This document shows positions 8,483 to 16,828 of a stretch of 64,000 nt of DNA, piece by piece. A model generated the notes under the pieces. The model searched no databases. It saw nothing but the letters and a program-made list of their open reading frames with translations, and was not told where the DNA came from. Positions within the stretch are counted from its first letter, which is position 1. Each line of letters starts with the position of its first letter. The stretch lies in IMG/VR virus record IMGVR_UViG_3300037424_000434, positions 32,001 to 96,000 of that record. One strand, written 5' to 3'. Source of the stretch: a virus. Its lineage: Duplodnaviria; Caudoviricetes. A program made the translations under genes and the position numbers.

Positions 8483-9805
8483 ATGATGTACGAAATTAAC
8501 GGAAAATATACTAATGCCAAGGTGATGATCGATGATTTAGATGCGTCGGCAGTGAGTCAGATAGTCGAAATGGTAAACAACCAATGTTTCACTAATCCGA
8601 TAGCAATCATGCCCGATGCCCACGCTGGCAAGGGATGTGTTGTAGGTTTTACAATGGAATTATCGGACAAATTGATACCAAATATCATAGGTAGCGATAT
8701 TGGATGTGGTATGCTGTCGTTCAATGTCGGAAGTAACCTATTGTCCAATGAAAAGATGCCATTGTTGGATGAGGCTATTCGTGAGCGGATCCCATTTGGT
8801 GCCTCTGCTAGGGGCAAAATGTCCAAAGATGCCATGTTTGACTGGAAATCCATCAACGATGAACTACGAAAACTCTGTATGGAATACAACACTCGATACA
8901 ACATGTCAATGGCACCTGTTGTTATGGATACGGAAAAGTTACGCGCCATCTTTGATCGAGTAGGATGTGACTATCATAGGGGGATGTTATCTATAGGTTC
9001 ATTGGGGGGCGGCAACCATTTCATTGAGATTGGTAAAGACGAAAACAATGACTATTGGGTAACTATTCATTCCGGTTCGCGTAACTTTGGAAAATGTATT
9101 GCTGAATATTGGCAAAAGATCGCCCATAAGAACATGAACGAGCCTGCTTTATCAAAGACTGATTATGTCGAATTCGTTAAGGCAAATTTCGATAAAATGA
9201 AATGGCAAGACGAAATAGCAAAATACGAGACGTTAGTGGGCGGCAAATCTCGTGTGGGGAAAGGAACCGAATATCTTGAGGGCAAAGATGTTTATGGGTA
9301 TTTGGTTGATATGTTTGTTGCTCAGAAGTACGCCGAGATGAGCCGGTACGTCATGTCATGCGAATTAGTGAACTCTATCCGTGTGGTTTCTGACACGTTT
9401 AAGGGTGTAGTCCAGTGTATTGAAACTGTACACAACTTTGTAGACTTCAAAGACTGGATTATTCGTAAAGGGGCTATTCGTTCATACAAAGGGGAGTTGA
9501 TGATAATCCCCTTCAACATGGAAGATGGGTTGTTGATAGTCGAAGGCAAGTCCAACAACGACTGGAACAACTCAGCGCCTCATGGTGCCGGTCGATTATT
9601 TTCCCGATCTGCGGCAAAAGCCAACCTCGATCTTGATATGGCAACAAAATCAATGAAAGACAATGGTATATATTCTTCGTCCATTCCCTTAGATGAAGTC
9701 AAGGGTGCATATAAGCCTTGTGAAGTCATTGAAGCTTGTATTGAACCAACAGCAACCATCATCCACAGAATAAAACCCGTCATGAACCTGAAGGATGGAC
9801 AGTGA
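8483..9805 (+). CDS. rtcB: RtcB RNA ligase
   Basis: MPDAHAGKG, SDIGCGM, SLGGGNHFIE, HSGSRNFG, HN, RKGA, SAPHGAGR. Confidence 0.95.
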   Translation: MMYEINGKYTNAKVMIDDLDASAVSQIVEMVNNQCFTNPIAIMPDAHAGKGCVVGFTMELSDKLIPNIIGSDIGCGMLSFNVGSNLLSNEKMPLLDEAIRERIPFGASARGKMSKDAMFDWKSINDELRKLCMEYNTRYNMSMAPVVMDTEKLRAIFDRVGCDYHRGMLSIGSLGGGNHFIEIGKDENNDYWVTIHSGSRNFGKCIAEYWQKIAHKNMNEPALSKTDYVEFVKANFDKMKWQDEIAKYETLVGGKSRVGKGTEYLEGKDVYGYLVDMFVAQKYAEMSRYVMSCELVNSIRVVSDTFKGVVQCIETVHNFVDFKDWIIRKGAIRSYKGELMIIPFNMEDGLLIVEGKSNNDWNNSAPHGAGRLFSRSAAKANLDLDMATKSMKDNGIYSSSIPLDEVKGAYKPCEVIEACIEPTATIIHRIKPVMNLKDGQ

Positions 9806-9923
9806 ATTTTCGTATATCAAAGTTATAGAATGCCATCAGAAGACGTTAGAGGAGAGTTGAGCACAGCGGCGGTAAATCCGCTGTGTTTGATTATCCCGGT
9901 GGTTGCTACCTCAAAATATTTAC

Positions 9924-9951
9924 TTGACAACGCAACCGTTTGTGATAAGAT
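9924..9951 (+). promoter_or_regulatory. sigma70-type promoter with extended -10
   Basis: TTGACA-N16-TAAGAT with TGn. Confidence 0.6.
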
Positions 9952-10124
9952 ATAGGTAAATCAAGGCTACGGCATCCGAACAGAGATGTGCGCATTGTAT
10001 GGATAGAGGCCTACAAGTCAGAAACAGTCAACGGGCAAGAAATGGTAAGCCTCCGGTCAATCATATTTTTGATAAGGGATAACAATGAACATTCAGACTA
10101 TAACAAAAAGAGGAGATTGAGAAC

Positions 10125-10430
10125 ATGGTGAATTATCGAGTAGCACGGATGGTCATTCTGTTAGCGTTTATTTTATTATTATGTGTGTCTCTCACGGGAT
10201 GCGCGGATACAATGACATTTATTCAGGCAGCAAAAGCCGAACCGGTTGGGTTTTGGTACGGATTTTGGCACGGGACGATTGCCCCTTTTGCTTGGTTTGT
10301 TTCTCTGTTTAGCGACTCGACCGCCATCTATGCCATATACAACAACGGTGGGTGGTACGATTTTGGTTTTATGTTGGGGATAGGAGGACTATCGAGCAGC
10401 ACGTCAAGTGCGGCCTACGGGTGGCGATAG
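10125..10430 (+). CDS. Putative lipoprotein/membrane protein
   Basis: Lipobox-like SLTGC; GFWYGFWHG...YNNGGWYDFGF. Confidence 0.7.
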   Translation: MVNYRVARMVILLAFILLLCVSLTGCADTMTFIQAAKAEPVGFWYGFWHGTIAPFAWFVSLFSDSTAIYAIYNNGGWYDFGFMLGIGGLSSSTSSAAYGWR

Positions 10431-10441
10431 CAGATAACGAC

Positions 10442-10470
10442 CAAGATCAGCGGATTGTCCGCTGATCTTG
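10442..10470 (+). terminator. Hairpin, probable terminator
   Basis: Perfect 12-bp stem caagatcagcgg/ccgctgatcttg; U-tract not adjacent. Confidence 0.5.
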
Positions 10471-10505
10471 CATGATTAGCTGATTTTTATTAATGGGAGA
10501 GATAT

Positions 10506-10694
10506 ATGGTTTACGTATTTGTGTTCACTATGGCAGTGGTTGTTTTGAACTCCGTTCATCTTATTTCAATTATCGTCGGACACCAAATAAGTTGGCCGAG
10601 ACTTGGCGTAATAACGCCAACCGCTTGGTTCTTTTTTTACCCAAGTTTGTTATGGCAGATATGGTATTGGGCACCGTGCTTGATGCACAGCTAA
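10506..10694 (+). CDS. Small membrane protein
   Basis: Hydrophobic; GGAG RBS. Confidence 0.5.
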   Translation: MVYVFVFTMAVVVLNSVHLISIIVGHQISWPRLGVITPTAWFFFYPSLLWQIWYWAPCLMHS

Positions 10695-10822
10695 CGAACC
10701 AGCTCAGGGGGTGCAAGCGTAGGGTTGGGTGTTTGAAAATATACCCTCGTGCCTCAAATGTTGTGTATTTAGAAAGAGGGAAATGACCCGCCTAACATTG
10801 ATATCAAAAAAGAGGAAGAATA

Positions 10823-11101
10823 ATGGAAACGATTATTGCTTACATAACACCATTTGTCTCATGGCATGGATTAATCTTCTTATGTGTCTTATATATCACG
10901 GGAATGATAATCCAAGGATGCATTTCGTCTGCTGTTATGGTGAAACGGAGACATATTCTCCGAGAAGAATATGAATTCTCTGACTCCCAAATCATGGGAT
11001 TTTTCTGGAAAAGTGTTTTACTTTTCCCACTCACGTGGTCTTTATTTGCATCGCATGGGATGGGGATGTTTAAGAAAAAGATTTTTAACAAAAAAAGATA
11101 A
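10823..11101 (+). CDS. Membrane protein
   Basis: Two hydrophobic segments; GAGG RBS. Confidence 0.6.
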   Translation: METIIAYITPFVSWHGLIFLCVLYITGMIIQGCISSAVMVKRRHILREEYEFSDSQIMGFFWKSVLLFPLTWSLFASHGMGMFKKKIFNKKR

Positions 11102-11113
11102 CCGGAGAATTAC

Positions 11114-11656
11114 ATGCAACATGAACCACGCCAACAACCACGTAATAACGGCAGAATTTTGTACTTGTCGGGAGAAATTCACGAGATAGCAGCACAAGAC
11201 ATCAACTGTGAGATGTTGAAAATGCAGAGAGATGACCCACTCGAAGATATTACTTTGGTGGTAGACAGCTATGGGGGTAATTTGTTTGCGGCATTTGCCA
11301 TTGTAGATATGATGGATATTATCTCATGTGATATACAAACAATCTGTATCGGCAAAGCAATGTCAGCAGGACAATTTATCTTCAGTACAGGAAAGAGAGG
11401 CAAGCGTTTAATGGCACCTCATGCACGATTAATGCTTCATAATCCAGTAGCTGGATATGAAGGATCGGTGCCTGATATCGAGATAGAAATTGAGGAACTT
11501 CAACGTTGCCGAGACTTATATGTAAAACACATTTCAGGTCGATCTAATCTAAGCACAGATGAGGTAAAAGACTTGATTCAACGTAATGCCTATTTAAATG
11601 CGGAGCAAGCAATTGCCCATGGATTTGCTGACGGCATTGTAACCAAAATAAGATAA
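11114..11656 (+). CDS. clpP: ClpP-like peptidase
   Basis: DSYGG, GKAMSAG (Ser), LMLHNP (His), YLNAEQAIAHGFAD; triad Asp position reads Asn. Confidence 0.85.
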   Translation: MQHEPRQQPRNNGRILYLSGEIHEIAAQDINCEMLKMQRDDPLEDITLVVDSYGGNLFAAFAIVDMMDIISCDIQTICIGKAMSAGQFIFSTGKRGKRLMAPHARLMLHNPVAGYEGSVPDIEIEIEELQRCRDLYVKHISGRSNLSTDEVKDLIQRNAYLNAEQAIAHGFADGIVTKIR

Positions 11657-11667
11657 GGAGAAAAACG

Positions 11668-11943
11668 ATGAGCACAAAGCATATTATGGGATGGGTATTA
11701 ATCGCGCTGGGTATTTGTATGGGACTATATGTGGGGGTATGGTGGGCTTTTATCGGCGGAAAAGCTGCGGTGGCTGAAGCAATCAAAATGGACCCAATCA
11801 ATTCAATGGATGTTGCATTGGGGATTGCTAGAATCTGCTGTTCGGGGCTTGTTGGCACTATTGCTGGTTATACTGCCATTATTCCCGGTGTTGTAATGGT
11901 AACATCTTCCACAAAAACTCGCCGCTTTAAATACCGTGGATAA
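11668..11943 (+). CDS. Two-TM membrane protein
   Basis: Hydrophobic helices; AAGGAG RBS. Confidence 0.65.
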   Translation: MSTKHIMGWVLIALGICMGLYVGVWWAFIGGKAAVAEAIKMDPINSMDVALGIARICCSGLVGTIAGYTAIIPGVVMVTSSTKTRRFKYRG

Positions 11944-12061
11944 GGGCAGGCTACTCGCTATCGGCGATATCCATGGGTGTGCAAACACACTCAAAGCCCT
12001 AATCACCAAAGTCAACCCCACGGAAGAAGATCAATTGATCTTCCTTGGTGATTATCATTAA
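11936..12061 (+). pseudogene. Orphaned original 5' end of the metallophosphoesterase gene
   Basis: GTG-started 41 codons RLLAIGDIHGCANTLKALITKVNPTEEDQLIFLGDY, then stop; paralogous to the 12919 N-terminus. Confidence 0.85.
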
Positions 12062-12067
12062 AACATT

Positions 12068-12149
12068 ATAATTCTCTTAGGTGATTATTATCCACAAAGA
12101 ATCTCCCAAAAATATAAATACAAGTGTAGATATATTTAAGGAGAGTTAT
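12068..12149 (+). promoter_or_regulatory. RBS-sequestering stem with internal late promoter
   Basis: ATAATTCTCTTA (12068-79) pairs with TAAGGAGAGTTAT (12137-49); TATAAATA at 12113-20 lies between the arms. Confidence 0.75.
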
Positions 12150-12926
12150 ATGATAATCAAAATTGAGATGCCCTGTGAGTCATGCAGTACACTAAGAAAG
12201 TTCAAATACAGTACAACAACAGAGAAAATATATGGTTACAAACCTGTGTGTAAAAAATGTACACTGACCGAGAGGAACAAAAAGCAGAACTTCTCACCAA
12301 GAACATATCCAATAGTGGATATGTTTGAGAAAATAGATACCCAAGAGAAGGCGTATATATATGGATTTCTTTGGGCTGATGGGTATATGAAATTCCAGAA
12401 ACGCGCAACACGCAAATCCATAAAAAGTTTGGAGATGAACTTAAACTATAGAGACGTAGAGGTACTAGACTTCATAGTGAAACATTTTGGTGGAGCCTAT
12501 CAAGAAAGAAGTGTGCCTGACAAACGTACCGGTAAATGCTATGATATGGTTCAGTGGCAATTAAACTCCAAGGACGTGTATGATAATTTTTTTAAACTGG
12601 GATTCAGGAACCATTCAAATGCTGTACCTGATGAGCTATTCTATCATTTCCTGAGAGGATTAATAGATGGTGATGGTTATATTAGGATGAGAGGCAACTC
12701 CATTGAAATAAAGATATCATCAAACTATGAACAGGATTGGAGCTATATATCCGATAGGATAAAAAATCCATCTCATGTATCAAGATATATTGGAGAAAAA
12801 AGTAGAAGCTCTGATCTTTATATAAAAGGTGATAGAAGAGATATTCTAAGAGAATTATATAAAGATGCTTCGTTTTATTTGAAGCGAAAATATAATATAA
12901 TAAGAGAGGTAATAGAGAATGAGTAG
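12150..12926 (+). mobile_element. Free-standing double-motif LAGLIDADG homing endonuclease with N-terminal Zn finger
   Basis: YGFLWADG and LRGLIDGDG motifs; CxxC...CxxC; start at 12150 after the RBS. Confidence 0.88.
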
Positions 12927-13638
12927 ATTACTCGCTGTAGGCGATATACATGGCTGTGCTAATACCCTTAAAGCTCTCATGAGTAGAGTCAAACCCACGG
13001 AAGAAGATCAAGTGGTCTTCCTTGGTGATTTTTGTGATAGGGGAAATGGGGTGATAGAAACAATTGATTTTATGATCGACTTAAAGAATAGGTTACCTAA
13101 AACCATATTCCTTAAAGGAAATCATGAGGATTTGTTTCTGCGATATCTATTAAATGGCCCGGAAATAAACAAAAAGGATTATATTTTGAACGGGGGTGGG
13201 ATCACTCTTTTTGATTATACTCGTCTATTAGGAAAAATGCTCCCAGAAGGTCTCGACGACTTTGAGCTGGAATTTCATGAGTTACCAAAGAGACACCAAA
13301 ACTTCTATAACGAATTAAAACTCTTCCATGTTGAAGGTGGTTGTATATTTGTACATGCTGGTTTGCGTCATAATGTCCCTTTGGAAGGCCAACACGAAGA
13401 CGATGTACTGTGGTTGAGGGAGACTTTCATGTACAATCCCATTAATACATGGGGTGGTAAAACAATCGTTCACGGCCATACCCCAATGAAGGTGCCCGAT
13501 GCAGTTCGATACCACCAGAAATATCCAGACAGATATGATGTTGACAATGGATGTGTTTTCGGATATGATTTGACATGCCTTGATTTATATTCAAAGGTTA
13601 CGTGGAAGCAAAAATTAATTGATGAGAGGTTAGAATAA
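12919..13638 (+). CDS. Ser/Thr protein phosphatase-like metallophosphoesterase
   Basis: GDIHG, GDFCDRG, GNHE, HAG, HGHT. Confidence 0.9.
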   Translation: MSRLLAVGDIHGCANTLKALMSRVKPTEEDQVVFLGDFCDRGNGVIETIDFMIDLKNRLPKTIFLKGNHEDLFLRYLLNGPEINKKDYILNGGGITLFDYTRLLGKMLPEGLDDFELEFHELPKRHQNFYNELKLFHVEGGCIFVHAGLRHNVPLEGQHEDDVLWLRETFMYNPINTWGGKTIVHGHTPMKVPDAVRYHQKYPDRYDVDNGCVFGYDLTCLDLYSKVTWKQKLIDERLE

Positions 13639-13964
13639 TGTACGATGATTTTTTGGCTTATGTAAAAGAGAACGAGGTAGAAGCAGAAGAGATTTTTCGG
13701 ACATATTACACCGAAAAGGCTATTGAAGAGGGATGTGATATGCAAGGAGACGAAAGATATACTCTTGAAGCTTTTACCGATGATATGTCTCCAGAAGAGT
13801 TGTATGAAGAATTTGCTTACTGTGTGGATTACTCGGCTTCGTACGCTGGTGCGGCTGGTGTAATTTTGGAGTTTACACAAGAGTTAAATGATGATACTCT
13901 AGATCCAAACGACGTAGAACTACAAGAATTAGTATTGGATGTCCTTGAGCAAAGCGTAAATTAA
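13638..13964 (+). CDS. Highly acidic small protein (DNA-mimic candidate)
   Basis: About 31 D/E versus 4 K/R in 108 aa. Confidence 0.7.
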   Translation: MYDDFLAYVKENEVEAEEIFRTYYTEKAIEEGCDMQGDERYTLEAFTDDMSPEELYEEFAYCVDYSASYAGAAGVILEFTQELNDDTLDPNDVELQELVLDVLEQSVN

Positions 13965-13978
13965 CGAAAGGAAAATTC

Positions 13979-14407
13979 GTGACAAAAACTGACTCCCAAT
14001 TATATTTAGAACGAATGGGCATCATTGAATCTTCTACATCAACCTTTGATTCGGATTTTGATGAAGTAGATGAAGAGGATCTACACAAGCGAGAAGCCAA
14101 GTTGAGATCCGACTTGGCTGATCTGGTGTCCCGGATATCAGTAGTATCTCAGCGAGAAAATGAGGTTCGACGCAGAGAAGCCTACCTAGATGAACTGGAA
14201 CGGAACATATATGAGCGTGTACAACGCCTGTGTCGCCTAGAATCCAATGCAAAAAAGGCACCATCAGCAACAGAGATTGATAGTTCTGATAGATCTACAT
14301 CAAACGACCCTGCTGTCACTGTAGTATCAGTTGATGATTGGTCATCCATATTTGCTAACACTGCTACCGATTGGAGTAGACTGAAAACTGACAAGGAGAC
14401 TTTATGA
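13979..14407 (+). CDS. Coiled-coil hypothetical protein
   Basis: Heptad-like central region; GTG start with AAGGA. Confidence 0.6.
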   Translation: MTKTDSQLYLERMGIIESSTSTFDSDFDEVDEEDLHKREAKLRSDLADLVSRISVVSQRENEVRRREAYLDELERNIYERVQRLCRLESNAKKAPSATEIDSSDRSTSNDPAVTVVSVDDWSSIFANTATDWSRLKTDKETL

Positions 14408-15012
14408 GAAACTACGTAATGGCCGCTGTTTTGACCATTATGGTTTTTGTGGGAAGCAATACCTCTGCGAAAGTCATTGAATTAGAACAATCACAGATTA
14501 CATGCATCAACATAGCATATACGGAAGGGAACAAGATTCAATTGTTTGGTGAGGGGTGGGGAGAAACCGCCGCAGCAGTTATGTATCAAGAATCATGGTG
14601 TAATTCTAACATATGGCAAAAAAGTGGAGTGGTTGTAGGTGACCTTAACCGTAAAGGGAAACCAAAATCACTTGGACCCTCTCAAATACAAGTCGCAACC
14701 GCCAGATTCATCAACACCAAGTACCCCCGTATATTCAAAAAGAGGTATGGCAAACGTGTCCCCTCTGACGAAGAACTAACCATAGATTTGCTCATTGATA
14801 TACCATTCAACATTAAATTAGGGGTACGGTATTTTTCTTACCTGTTGGAGCTGAAAAGGGGAGATGTTGATGCTGCTATATTAGCATACAACAGGGGACC
14901 ACATGGATTAATTGATGTTAATAATTATGTTCAAAAAGTCAAAAAATGGCGCACAACTCATATTAGACCTTTTTTAAGAGGTCACTATAAAATTGTAAAG
15001 AGAGAAATTTAA
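14404..15012 (+). CDS. Lytic transglycosylase (SLT domain) with signal peptide
   Basis: AVMYQES (catalytic Glu), GPSQI, NIKLGVRY, AILAYNRG. Confidence 0.85.
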   Translation: MRNYVMAAVLTIMVFVGSNTSAKVIELEQSQITCINIAYTEGNKIQLFGEGWGETAAAVMYQESWCNSNIWQKSGVVVGDLNRKGKPKSLGPSQIQVATARFINTKYPRIFKKRYGKRVPSDEELTIDLLIDIPFNIKLGVRYFSYLLELKRGDVDAAILAYNRGPHGLIDVNNYVQKVKKWRTTHIRPFLRGHYKIVKREI

Positions 15013-15149
15013 TGACGACCAAAAGATGTTGCATGTCTTGTACTGCACCACAATGATGATTAATATGCACAATTATAGTAATATCTCATATACTTATGTA
15101 TATTGGAAACAAGTTTGGTGGACTAAAAAACTAAGGAGAAATGTGGTAA

Positions 15150-16049
15150 ATGGGTAAGACGAATAAACGTGACATTCCAGTGCTTGTGATTCATCACACC
15201 GACGCCGATGGACATTGTTCAGCCGCAATTGTGGATTATTTCGAACAAGATTGTCTCCTACACGGCATCAACCATGGTCATAATGTTCCATGGGGATTGA
15301 TCAAAAGAGCCCGTAAAATTTATATGGTTGATTTTTGTTTTCAACCATTCTCAGACATGATCAAAGCTCGGAATCTGGTCGGCAGGGAGAATTTTATCTG
15401 GATAGATCATCACAAAACCGCGATACAAGACAAATCCAATTCGGGTCAGACGTTCATTGGACTTCAAGTGATCGGTAAAGCTGGGTGTGAATTGGCATGG
15501 GATTGGTTTACTGGTGCTGATTGTGACTCATCAATGCCAAAGGTAGTAAGGATGCTCGGGCGATATGATGTATGGGATTTGGACCACCACCAAGACATTA
15601 TGCCTGTCCAGTTCGGAATTAAATACTATAACCCAACCGCTGAGTCAAAGCTGTTTTGGAAACATCTGTTTAATCCCGAAGATTCAGAGAAATATTACAA
15701 TGAACTGAAAGAAAAGGGATCAACGTGTTATAATTATCAAACAGCTATGTACACAAATTATTGCAAATCCCATTCCTTCGATCTGGATTGGGAGAATCAT
15801 CGATTTTTGTGTGCAAATGCTCTACATGTTAGCTCTCAGTTGTTTGATGATAAATGGGATCATGATGAATATGATGCTATGTTGGTTTTTGGGTTTACAA
15901 ATGGGGTTTGGTCATGTAGTATGTATACAGACAAACCCGGTATTGATGTAGGGGAAATAGCAAAGCGATATGGGGGTGGCGGTCACAAGGGAGCCGCTGG
16001 AATGAGTTTTGATAAACTACCCTTTGATCTACAAAAAAAGAGAGGATAA
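15150..16049 (+). CDS. DHH/DHHA1 phosphoesterase
   Basis: HHTDADG, VDF, IDHH, GGGHKGAAG. Confidence 0.88.
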   Translation: MGKTNKRDIPVLVIHHTDADGHCSAAIVDYFEQDCLLHGINHGHNVPWGLIKRARKIYMVDFCFQPFSDMIKARNLVGRENFIWIDHHKTAIQDKSNSGQTFIGLQVIGKAGCELAWDWFTGADCDSSMPKVVRMLGRYDVWDLDHHQDIMPVQFGIKYYNPTAESKLFWKHLFNPEDSEKYYNELKEKGSTCYNYQTAMYTNYCKSHSFDLDWENHRFLCANALHVSSQLFDDKWDHDEYDAMLVFGFTNGVWSCSMYTDKPGIDVGEIAKRYGGGGHKGAAGMSFDKLPFDLQKKRG

Positions 16050-16052
16050 ATT

Positions 16053-16637
16053 ATGGGCACCCGAGGAAGCTATGGTTTTAGAGTAAATGATAGAGATAAA
16101 CTGACATATAACCACTTTGACAGTTATCCCAGTGGACTAGGCAATACTATAATCGCCTTCATCAAAGAAACGTCAGACGAAGAGCTAACAGATATAGCTA
16201 ATCGATTGGTTTTGGTGGATGGAGAAAGTATCCCAACCCCACAACAAATAGAAGATCTTCGACAATATTTCAACGGAGAAGTATCAACACAAAACATTGA
16301 TGATTGGTATTGTCTTTTAAGAGAAGCGCAAGGAAATCCCTTTGAATACAAAAACGGTCTTAATGTTATGCTGGAGGACTCTGGTTTTGTTTTGAATTCG
16401 TTGTTTTGTGAATATGCCTACATCATCAATGTTGACAAAAAGGTTCTCGAATTTTATGAAGGATTCAACAAAAATATTCTAGCAGAAGGCCGGTATGCAA
16501 TCTTTTCTGTCGGACAGCGGTGTTCTGTGGATGATTATTATGGGGTAGCATTGGTGTATGAGTTCGATTTTGCGGATATCCGCAAAAGAGAAGTCGATAG
16601 TATTGTGGAAGAAATGGAACTTCTGAATACATGGTAA
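16053..16637 (+). CDS. Conserved phage hypothetical protein
   Basis: MGTR...YNHFDSYPSGLG pattern. Confidence 0.7.
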   Translation: MGTRGSYGFRVNDRDKLTYNHFDSYPSGLGNTIIAFIKETSDEELTDIANRLVLVDGESIPTPQQIEDLRQYFNGEVSTQNIDDWYCLLREAQGNPFEYKNGLNVMLEDSGFVLNSLFCEYAYIINVDKKVLEFYEGFNKNILAEGRYAIFSVGQRCSVDDYYGVALVYEFDFADIRKREVDSIVEEMELLNTW

Positions 16638-16700
16638 TAAAAAAGGGGCGGTCCGAAGATCTTTTCTTGCTTTATTCTCAAATTGGGTATGATATAACAA

Positions 16701-16730
16701 ATGAGGTTAATGGTTAGCCATTAACCTCAT
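16701..16730. terminator. Hairpin between convergent transcription units
   Basis: Perfect 13-bp stem atgaggttaatgg/ccattaacctcat, 4-nt loop; (AG)11 at 16745-66 nearby. Confidence 0.55.
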
Positions 16731-16828
16731 TGCACAATCCCTCAAGAGAGAGAGAGAGAGAGAGAGAAAACAACGGTGACATGTGCCCATAATCCACACA
16801 GATCAGGGTTTTGCAGAAGTATTAATTA

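Noticed and set aside
12055-13030. Group I intron in the phosphatase gene
   Set aside because: No recognisable P7/catalytic core; the interval is filled by the endonuclease ORF and a second complete 5' end with its own RBS, so splicing is unnecessary.
16745-16766. (AG)11 tract, and a similar one at about 36176, as functional elements
   Set aside because: Intergenic simple repeats with no linked ORF or promoter spacing effect evident.
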